Positions 9,469 to 16,597 of a stretch of DNA of 24,000 bases are shown piece by piece. Source of the stretch: Moraxellaceae bacterium (GTDB lineage Bacteria > Pseudomonadota > Gammaproteobacteria > Pseudomonadales > Moraxellaceae); NCBI GenBank assembly GCA_024234595.1, contig JACKNZ010000010.1:98692-122691 (forward strand), given 5' to 3'. The position numbers were made by a program, and so were the translations under genes. The notes under the pieces are model-generated. The model ran no database searches, was not told the DNA's origin, and saw only the letters and a program-made list of their open reading frames with translations. How positions within the stretch are numbered: the stretch's first letter is position 1; each line of letters opens with the position of its first letter.

Positions 9469-10158
9469 TTATTTCCATGCAACAAATAAGGCGGCACTAC
9501 CAATTTGTTGAATTTGATAACGTGAAAAATGTTGCTTTAAAGCAGTTTCAAGACGAGCTAAGTCATCATATTGATTGCCAAAAATACCTTTATGTTGATA
9601 AAGCTTCATTAAGGCTTTTGCGGGTAAGTTTTGCTTAATATCTTTGGCTAGTAGGGTAGAGCCAAATAACACACCATTCGGCTGCAAAAAATTGGCTAGA
9701 TTGGCAAATGCTTGTTCTTTGTCTGCTTCGGCAGGTAAACAATGCCACACATAATTAAATGCAATCGATTCAAATAAGGGTAAATTGGGCTGTTTGCCAG
9801 CCAAAATATCGTTAATAACACCCGCAGGTTGAAACTGTTGTAGTTTTTGCGAAACGATTTCTAGCGTATTTGCATTTAAATCCATGAGCACAATACGCGG
9901 TTTGAGTTGGGTAAAAAATACCCGCTGCAAAAAAAAGCCTGTACCTACGCCTACTTCTAAATGATTGTTACTGGTATAACGTTGATATAAGGCAACTAAG
10001 TGTGCGGTCGGACAACGCCACAAATAATGATTAGAAAAACCATGTACCCATAAATCATACACTTTAAGGACAGTTTTGTTATAAATAGCTGCCCCTGCTT
10101 GAATGTCGTTTGCTGTGTTCACGTAGATATCCGTTTGCATAAGGTGTTTTTTGTACAA
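9469..10158 (-). CDS. Class I SAM-dependent methyltransferase
   Basis: Motif I LEVGVGTGFF and post-I acidic LMDLN. About 225 aa. The track start is TTG at 10158. ATG at 10140 (MQTDIYVN...) is an equally plausible start. Confidence 0.7.
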   Translation of the reverse strand: MYKKHLMQTDIYVNTANDIQAGAAIYNKTVLKVYDLWVHGFSNHYLWRCPTAHLVALYQRYTSNNHLEVGVGTGFFLQRVFFTQLKPRIVLMDLNANTLEIVSQKLQQFQPAGVINDILAGKQPNLPLFESIAFNYVWHCLPAEADKEQAFANLANFLQPNGVLFGSTLLAKDIKQNLPAKALMKLYQHKGIFGNQYDDLARLETALKQHFSRYQIQQIGSAALFVAWK

Positions 10159-10185
10159 TTGTATTGTAAATACTAAAATTAGTAT
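10154..10185. promoter_or_regulatory. Two short palindromes in the divergent methyltransferase / fadE-like control region
   Basis: TACAATTGTA is a perfect 10-bp palindrome at 10154-10163. ATACTA-N4-TAGTAT lies at 10170-10185. A further ATACTAAA copy lies near 10332. Confidence 0.25.
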
Positions 10186-10389
10186 ATTTGCTTTTTTGAC
10201 AAAAGTATTTAGTGTTTAAGCCTTTTGAATACAGACAAAGATAGAACAAAAGCTGCCAAAAATTTACCGAAATGCCCAAAAAAATGGCCAAAGCTGTCAA
10301 TGGCTTGTGGCTAAAAACAATTAGAATAAAGATACTAAATATGATGATGTGTTCAGCACTCTCCATAACCACTGTTTGAGGCCGTACCT

Positions 10390-12207
10390 ATGCCAGCTTA
10401 TAAAGCTCCTTTGCGCGATATGCGCTTTTTGATGAATGAAGTGTTTGATTTTCCTGCCCATTACGCCAGTTTAAGCAATGGCGCAGACGCTACGCCTGAT
10501 ATGGTTGATGCCATTGTAGGTGAGTGTGCGCGTTTGTGTGAAGAAGTCTTAGCACCCATCAATTTATCAGGTGATTTAGAAGGCTGTCATTTTGACAACG
10601 GTCAAGTGACTACGCCAAAAGGTTTTAAAGATGCTTATGACCAATATGTAGCGGGTGGTTGGCAAGGTTTATCTCACCCAACAGAATTTGGCGGTCAGGG
10701 TTTGCCGATGTCTTTGGGTTTAATTAAATCCGAAATGATGGGCACCGCTAACTGGTCATTTACCATGTACCCAGGTTTGAGCTTGGGCTGCATGAACACC
10801 ATTATGCAATATGGTGATGAAGCTCAAAAAAATACCTATATGCCGCCACTGGTTGAAGGTCGTTGGTCTGGCACGATGTGTTTAACTGAGCCGCAATGCG
10901 GTACAGACTTAGGTCAAGTCAAAACTAAAGCCGAACCACAAGCCGATGGCACCTATAAAGTCACTGGCACTAAAATCTTTATTTCGGCTGGTGAGCACGA
11001 TTTAACCGAAAATATTATTCATATTGTGTTAGCTCGTTTGCCAGATGCCCCCAAAGGGACTAAAGGTATTTCGTTATTTATCGTGCCAAAATTTATGCCT
11101 GATGCCCAAGGTAATGTGGGTGAGCGCAACACGGTGAGTTGTGGTTCGATTGAGCACAAAATGGGTATTAAAGCATCTGCTACTTGTGTGATGAATTTTG
11201 ATAACGCCACTGGTTATTTGATTGGTTTGCCAAACAAAGGTTTGGAAGCGATGTTTACCTTTATGAACACTGCGCGTATTGGGACAGCCATTCAAGGTGT
11301 TACTCATGCAGAGTTATCTTATCAAGGTGCGTTGCTTTACGCCAAAGAGCGTCGTTCGATGCGTGCTTTATCGGGTAAAAAAGAGCCAGAACAAATTGCC
11401 GATGCCTTGATTTATCATGCCGATGTGCGCCGTATGTTATTGACTCAAAAAGCAATTGCTGAGGGTGGCCGTGCGATGATTTATTTTGCAGGCCAATATG
11501 CTGACCATATGACTAATGGCATTATCGAAAACGATAAAGCCAAATACGAACATTGGGATGACAAACTAGGTTTCTTTACCCCTATTCTTAAAGGTTTTTT
11601 AACCGAGTTGGGTTTAGAGGCAGCAAACATTGGTATGCAAGTGTTTGGTGGTCATGGTTATATTAAAGAACATGGCATGGAACAAATTGCCCGTGATGCG
11701 CGTATCTCGACCTTATATGAAGGTACAACGGGTATTCAAGCTTTAGACTTGTTAGGTCGCAAAGTATTATTGCAAAGCCGCGGTAAAGCGGTTCGTGATT
11801 TTACCGCCGATGTACTCAAGTTTTGTGGTCGTCATGCACGTGACAAAAACTTGCGTCGTTATGTGTGGGACTTGACTAAGTTATGTGCTCAGTGGAATTA
11901 CTTAACCACCCGTTTGATGTTGTCGGCTCGTAAAGACCGCGATATGGTGAGTGCGGCCTGTAATGACTTTTTGATGTACTCAGGTTATGTCACGATGGCT
12001 TATTTTTGGGCATTACAAGCGGCTGTTGCTTACGAAAAGTTAGAAACAGGCGGTGCAGAGCAACCAGAGTTTTATCAAGCTAAAATTCAAACGGCTGAAT
12101 TTTACTTTGAGCGTTTATTACCACGTGCTGCGGCTTATGCGGGTAGTATGTTGTCACCCTCCAAGTCTTTAATGCAATTAGATAAAGACGCTTTTGTTTT
12201 TAACTAA
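10390..12207 (+). CDS. Large (about 600 aa) FadE-type acyl-CoA dehydrogenase with C-terminal extension domain
   Basis: N-terminus MPAYKAPLRDMRF resembles Pseudomonas FadE-like enzymes (recalled). ACAD core with YEGTTGIQALDLLGRK carrying the catalytic Glu, plus an extra C-terminal helical domain of about 150 aa. Confidence 0.88.
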   Translation: MPAYKAPLRDMRFLMNEVFDFPAHYASLSNGADATPDMVDAIVGECARLCEEVLAPINLSGDLEGCHFDNGQVTTPKGFKDAYDQYVAGGWQGLSHPTEFGGQGLPMSLGLIKSEMMGTANWSFTMYPGLSLGCMNTIMQYGDEAQKNTYMPPLVEGRWSGTMCLTEPQCGTDLGQVKTKAEPQADGTYKVTGTKIFISAGEHDLTENIIHIVLARLPDAPKGTKGISLFIVPKFMPDAQGNVGERNTVSCGSIEHKMGIKASATCVMNFDNATGYLIGLPNKGLEAMFTFMNTARIGTAIQGVTHAELSYQGALLYAKERRSMRALSGKKEPEQIADALIYHADVRRMLLTQKAIAEGGRAMIYFAGQYADHMTNGIIENDKAKYEHWDDKLGFFTPILKGFLTELGLEAANIGMQVFGGHGYIKEHGMEQIARDARISTLYEGTTGIQALDLLGRKVLLQSRGKAVRDFTADVLKFCGRHARDKNLRRYVWDLTKLCAQWNYLTTRLMLSARKDRDMVSAACNDFLMYSGYVTMAYFWALQAAVAYEKLETGGAEQPEFYQAKIQTAEFYFERLLPRAAAYAGSMLSPSKSLMQLDKDAFVFN

Positions 12208-12251
12208 GAGAGCAATGCTCTATCTCTTTTTGATATAGAGTGCATAAACAT

Positions 12252-12280
12252 AAAAAAGGGGCGTCAAGCTCCTTTTTTAT
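12252..12280 (+). terminator. Putative bidirectional-type terminator after the fadE-like gene
   Basis: AAAAAAGGGG-cgtcaag-CTCCTTTTTT. The GC part of the stem is short, so confidence is moderate. It directly abuts the IS left end. Confidence 0.45.
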
Positions 12281-12340
12281 CAACCTCGCCGTAAAACCTC
12301 GTGCCTTTAGGCCGAGGATATAAGGCGGTGACACGACGGC

Positions 12341-12384
12341 TTATCAATTCCTTGCGATTTGGCACAAATCAGCAAGGTTGATAA
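12341..12384. other. 44-nt hairpin with 18 paired bases inside the IS, between the LE hairpin and the tnpA 3' end
   Basis: TTATCAA-tt-CCTTGC-GATTT-ggcac-AAATC-a-GCAAGG-TTGATAA. All 18 pairs were checked by hand. No U-tract follows on either strand. Confidence 0.6.
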
Positions 12385-12427
12385 ACTGGCAAGTGTCACT
12401 GACAGAATCAGGTCTTGAAGTTATATA

Positions 12428-12844
12428 TTAATGTGGCGTATTTTGTTGTTCAATGTATTGCTTGATAATGTCGATAGGTGCGCCTCCGCAGCTAGCCGCA
12501 AAATAACTCGGTGACCAAAGTGCATTACCCCATAATTTCTGCTTAATGCTTGGATATTGCTTTTGTCTAATCAATCGACTTGAAACACCTTTGAGGCTAT
12601 TCACCAAACTAGAAACGGATACTTTGGGTGGGTAGTTAATCAACAAATGTACATGGTCATCTTCGCCATCAAACTCGACAAGCTCCGCTTCAAAGTCCAA
12701 AGAAACACGTTCAAAGATAATTCTTAAATCATCCAAAATTTGCTTAGTGAATACGCCGCGCCTGTATTTGGTCACAAAGACTAAATGAACGTGCATATTA
12801 AAAACACAATGTCTGCCTGTTCTAATTTCTTGATTGTTGCTCAT
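12428..12844 (-). CDS. tnpA: IS200/IS605 family Y1 (HUH) transposase TnpA
   Basis: 138 aa. HUH motif HVHLVF, a second His cluster DHVHLL, and the C-terminal catalytic Tyr region IKQYIEQQ. Confidence 0.92.
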   Translation of the reverse strand: MSNNQEIRTGRHCVFNMHVHLVFVTKYRRGVFTKQILDDLRIIFERVSLDFEAELVEFDGEDDHVHLLINYPPKVSVSSLVNSLKGVSSRLIRQKQYPSIKQKLWGNALWSPSYFAASCGGAPIDIIKQYIEQQNTPH

Positions 12845-12864
12845 AGGCCAAATATACTAAAAAG

Positions 12865-13926
12865 ATGAAAACACTTAAATTACGCATAAAAGACAGACAT
12901 TGCAAGGTGCTAGACCAACTCGCATCAGAAGTCAACTTTGTCTGGAATTACGTCAATGACTTGTGTTTTAAACATCTTCAAAGGACAGGAAAATTCTTTT
13001 CAGCCTTTGATATTGCCGCCTACACCAAAGGCGCAAGTAAGGCAGGATTACATCTTCACAGCCAAACGATTCAAGCCATTACCGAAGAATTGGTATTAAG
13101 ACGCAAACAATTCAAAAAAGCCAAATTAAATTGGCGCGTATCGAATCCAAAATCACCTAAAAAATCACTCGGTTGGATACCCTTCAAAAAAACAGCCATT
13201 AAATATCAACATGGCCAAATTAAATATGGTAATCACTGGTTTAGTTTGTGGGACAGCTACGGATTAAATAAATATACGGTTAAAACAGGCGCATTTGTCC
13301 AAGATAGTCGTGGTCGTTGGTATGTGTGTTTAGTGGTTGATAATGCCGCTAAAGTAAAATCAACAGGTACAGAATCTATCGGCATTGACTTAGGCTTAAA
13401 AGACCTTGCCACTCTATCTAATGGTCAAAAAATAGCAGCACAGCGTACCTACAGAACCTACGAACAAAAACTAGGTATTGCTCAACGCGCCAGAAACAAA
13501 AAGCGTGTTAAAGCCATTCATGCCAAAATTAAACATATCAGAAATAATCACTTACACCAAGAAAGTACAAAGTTAGTTAAAAACTATTCAGCCATCTTTG
13601 TTGGCAACGTCAATGCAAAAAGTCTAGCCAAAACCAAACTGGCAAAATCAGTCTTAGATTCAGGTTGGACGCTGTTTAGAACCTTACTCAAGTATAAATG
13701 CGAGAACGCAGGGGTATGGTTTGAAGAAGTTGATGAAAAATATACCACCCAAACTTGTTCGTGCTGTGGCTCACGCGACAGTAGTCCCAAAGGAAGAGCA
13801 GGACTTGGAATAAGAGAATGGACTTGTGTGCAGTGCGGTACACTGCATGACCGCGACATTAACGCCGCCAAGAACATTCTCGCGCTCGGACATGAGCGTC
13901 TTGTAGAAGGAATCCCCTTGCTTTAG
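12865..13926 (+). CDS. tnpB: TnpB (IS605 OrfB) RNA-guided RuvC nuclease
   Basis: RuvC-I IGIDLGLKD, RuvC-II HQESTKL, zinc finger CSCCG...CVQCG, RuvC-III HDRDINAAKNI. All are intact. The stop codon sits in the loop of the RE hairpin. Confidence 0.9.
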   Translation: MKTLKLRIKDRHCKVLDQLASEVNFVWNYVNDLCFKHLQRTGKFFSAFDIAAYTKGASKAGLHLHSQTIQAITEELVLRRKQFKKAKLNWRVSNPKSPKKSLGWIPFKKTAIKYQHGQIKYGNHWFSLWDSYGLNKYTVKTGAFVQDSRGRWYVCLVVDNAAKVKSTGTESIGIDLGLKDLATLSNGQKIAAQRTYRTYEQKLGIAQRARNKKRVKAIHAKIKHIRNNHLHQESTKLVKNYSAIFVGNVNAKSLAKTKLAKSVLDSGWTLFRTLLKYKCENAGVWFEEVDEKYTTQTCSCCGSRDSSPKGRAGLGIREWTCVQCGTLHDRDINAAKNILALGHERLVEGIPLL

Positions 13927-13965
13927 CTAGGGGAGGATGTCAATACACAAAACTAGGATGAGTTT
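13790..13965 (+). ncRNA. Predicted TnpB omega-RNA (reRNA) scaffold plus flank-derived guide; coordinates approximate
   Basis: Established biology of TnpB: the guide RNA is transcribed from the tnpB 3' end through the RE, and the guide comes from the first ~16-20 nt of flanking DNA. No transcript evidence is available here. Confidence 0.35.
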
Positions 13966-14028
13966 TAGTCGTTAATGGCCTAAAAATTGCTTGTTTTAAT
14001 CACTAATATTTGAACAGGTAGTTGGGTT

Positions 14029-16329
14029 ATGAGTTTGTACCAAATCGCACTCCAACAAACAAACCGTGTACATAGCAGTCTTCCTCTCAGTGAAAACATA
14101 CAACTTATTTTACAGCACATGACGCAAGATGCTGCAACCGAACAAGTTGTAGTTTTTGGTCGTTGGTGGTTTGAATCATCAACAGGACATATGGTGTTGT
14201 CCCACAGTGCTGCTAATTTGTTAGAAGTGACAGCGGGTTTTCATGATTCCTGTCAGCAGGCTTTTAGCCAAGTGACACCTGATACTGCAATCCCTTTGTT
14301 GACTATGTTGCAGCATTCTCCGTTGCAAACTATTGATTGTGAAGTAAAAATAATAAATGCAAAAAAAGGTGTTCGTTGGCTAAAAGTATTATCGTTGCCT
14401 CATCATAATAACCCTGCCATCAAAATGGGCGTGGTACAAGATATTACCTTACAGAAATTAGCCTTAATGCGAGAAAAATTTAGCTTTACATCGAGTCAAT
14501 TTTTGGTAGGCGCACAAAGTATTAGTGTGGCTGTGACCAAAGTTATTCAGCTTGTTTGTGAAAATTTAGGTTGGGATTGGGGGGCATATTGGTCTTTAAG
14601 TTCGGGTGGCTCTTTAGAGCCAAAGTTAAACTGTTGTTATTTCTGGCATCATCCTGATACCGACTTGACCGCATTTACCGAGCACAGTTTACGTCTAAGT
14701 ATGGGAGCAGGTGAGGGTTTAATTGGTGCAGTATGGCATAGTGCCGTACCAAATTGGGTGGAGGATATGGGCAATGACACTCACTTTATACGGCGTCATA
14801 GTGCCAAGCAATGTGGTCTTAAATCGGGCTATGCTTTTCCTATTTCGTACATGACAGCTGATGGTCGCCGCCATAGTGTCGGTGTGATGGAGTTTTATAG
14901 CCGTTGGTCGCGCCAATGTGAAGCTCAATTGCCTAATTTATCGGCCACTATTGGTGCATTAGTGGCGCAAACCATACAACGTATGGAGCAACAAGAAAGT
15001 ATTAAACAATTATCTCAAGTGGATGATTTAACGGGTTTGGTTAATCGAAGTCATTTTCATTATTTATTGGATAACGCGTGTTTTGAAGCCATTAGGCAGG
15101 GGGATTCATTTGGAGTGTTGTTTATTGACTTAGATCGATTTAAGCCGATTAACGATGCTTTTGGTCATGATGCGGGTAATGTGGTACTGCGTGGTTTTGC
15201 GCAACGTTTGCAAGTACTTGTGCAAGAAAAAGGCGTCGCAGGGCGTTTAGGGGGCGATGAATTTGCAATTTTAACTAAGCCAAACCAAAAAATGCCCGAT
15301 TTGCGTAGTTTGGCTGAGCAAGTTTTAGTCGCAGCGCGTTCGCCATTTAGTTTTGGCGAGCATCAATTAACTGTATCGGCAAGTGTGGGCGTGAGTATCT
15401 TTCCCGAAAATGGTTGGACGAGTGCTGAGCTAGTGCGTAGTGCCGATACCGCAATGTATAAAAGTAAAAAAAATGGCCGTAATGTACTGAGTTTTGTGTC
15501 TGACGATAGTTGCGAAATATTGGCGCAAGAGCGTTCGTTATTGGTTAGGCAGCTGACTTTAGAGGCCGAACTGCATCATGCCTTAGTCAAAAATCACTTT
15601 TTTTTAGAGTATCAGCCTGTTTTTGATTTTAGCCGTAATGTGCCTCGTTTAGTGGCAGTAGAAGCATTGATTCGTTGGCGGCGGGAAAATGGCGAAGTAG
15701 TACATCCCTCGGTATTTATTCCGATAGCCGAAACAACGCGCTTGATTGTACAAATAGGACGTTGGGTCATTAAACAAGCTTGCGAAGATTTAGCCTTGCT
15801 GCATGGTCAAGGTTTTAATGAGTTACAAATGAGCGTTAACATGGCGGCTTTGGAGTTTGTAAACCCGAGTTTGCCGTATGAATTAAGTGCTATTACTGAG
15901 TCATTAGGGGTTGCCAATCGTTTTGTTTGTTTAGAAATGACCGAAAGTATGATTATGAATCAAGCAGATAAAGTAGTACCCATTATGAAAAACTTGCGCC
16001 AGCAAGGATTTAAAATCAGTTTAGATGATTTTGGCATGGGACATTCTTCTTTATCGCGTTTAAAACAATTACCAATTTCGGCTCTTAAAATTGATCGTTC
16101 ATTTGTGATGGGCTTGCCTTTCGATAGAGGTGATAGAGCAATTGTACGCACGATTTTGGACTTGGGTCGTCATATGCAACTAGCCATTGTCGCCGAAGGC
16201 GTAGAAACAGATTCGCAATTAGGTTTTTTGCGGCAATATGGTTGCCATATGATTCAGGGCTATATACTGAGTAAGCCCTTATCATTAGCTGATTTGATGC
16301 AAAGTTATGTAGGACATAAGAATGCTTAA
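14029..16329 (+). CDS. PAS-like / GAF / GGDEF / EAL cyclic-di-GMP signalling protein
   Basis: GGDEF domain (DDLTGLVNR, RLGGDEFAIL). EAL domain (VEALIRW, NMAA, DDFGMGHSSLSRL, KIDRSFV, EGVETDSQ). A GAF-like region lies around residues 160-320. No RxxD I-site precedes GGDEF. Confidence 0.9.
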   Translation: MSLYQIALQQTNRVHSSLPLSENIQLILQHMTQDAATEQVVVFGRWWFESSTGHMVLSHSAANLLEVTAGFHDSCQQAFSQVTPDTAIPLLTMLQHSPLQTIDCEVKIINAKKGVRWLKVLSLPHHNNPAIKMGVVQDITLQKLALMREKFSFTSSQFLVGAQSISVAVTKVIQLVCENLGWDWGAYWSLSSGGSLEPKLNCCYFWHHPDTDLTAFTEHSLRLSMGAGEGLIGAVWHSAVPNWVEDMGNDTHFIRRHSAKQCGLKSGYAFPISYMTADGRRHSVGVMEFYSRWSRQCEAQLPNLSATIGALVAQTIQRMEQQESIKQLSQVDDLTGLVNRSHFHYLLDNACFEAIRQGDSFGVLFIDLDRFKPINDAFGHDAGNVVLRGFAQRLQVLVQEKGVAGRLGGDEFAILTKPNQKMPDLRSLAEQVLVAARSPFSFGEHQLTVSASVGVSIFPENGWTSAELVRSADTAMYKSKKNGRNVLSFVSDDSCEILAQERSLLVRQLTLEAELHHALVKNHFFLEYQPVFDFSRNVPRLVAVEALIRWRRENGEVVHPSVFIPIAETTRLIVQIGRWVIKQACEDLALLHGQGFNELQMSVNMAALEFVNPSLPYELSAITESLGVANRFVCLEMTESMIMNQADKVVPIMKNLRQQGFKISLDDFGMGHSSLSRLKQLPISALKIDRSFVMGLPFDRGDRAIVRTILDLGRHMQLAIVAEGVETDSQLGFLRQYGCHMIQGYILSKPLSLADLMQSYVGHKNA

Positions 16330-16347
16330 CAATAGATAATAGGGCAG

Positions 16348-16557
16348 CTACTTAAACTTGACGATATGCACCATATTGTCAGTATGTTGCTGTGGATGTT
16401 CCGCTTGCATTACTTCGTTAGGTTTATCTTCGTGATAACCACAACTCACACATTCAATCCATTCTTGGTCTGTTGAGCTATCTTTGCACCAACGAATCAC
16501 ATCTTGTTTTTGGCATTGTTTGCAAGTCGCACCAGCAATAAAACGTTTTTTGAGCAT
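16348..16557 (-). CDS. yheV: YheV-family zinc-ribbon protein (DUF2387)
   Basis: KKRFIAGATCKQCQKQD...IECVSCGY has two CxxC pairs and resembles E. coli YheV (RKRFIAGAKCPAC...VECVKCG, recalled). Confidence 0.75.
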   Translation of the reverse strand: MLKKRFIAGATCKQCQKQDVIRWCKDSSTDQEWIECVSCGYHEDKPNEVMQAEHPQQHTDNMVHIVKFK

Positions 16558-16597
16558 GTTGAATCCTAAATTGTGTAAAAGTGCCTTGTGACGAGTA

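Larger units (their letters stand above)
12281..13945 (+). mobile_element. IS200/IS605-family insertion sequence (tnpA and tnpB divergent); boundaries approximate
   Basis: The LE and RE hairpins are homologous and lie on the same strand. LE is CCTCG-t-GCC-ttta-GGC-CGAGG at 12297-12317. RE is TCCCCT-t-GC-ttta-GC-t-AGGGGA at 13913-13934. Each is followed by GAGGAT(A/G)T. There are no terminal inverted repeats, as expected for this family. Confidence 0.8.

Noticed and set aside
9411-9638. A 75-aa plus-strand ORF spanning the ACAD/methyltransferase spacer and the methyltransferase 3' end.
   Set aside because: It is antisense to a well-supported methyltransferase CDS and has no recognisable motif. 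The spacer is better explained by a weak hairpin (AACCGTT-N3-AACGGTT, 9396-9412) and the ACAD promoter.
10079-10372. A 97-aa minus-strand ORF with hydrophobic, TM-like stretches in the divergent intergenic region.
   Set aside because: It has no SD and starts 17 nt from the fadE-like ATG. It overlaps the methyltransferase 5' end out of frame. Its hydrophobicity is what an AT-rich spacer gives on translation (TTT/ATT codons).
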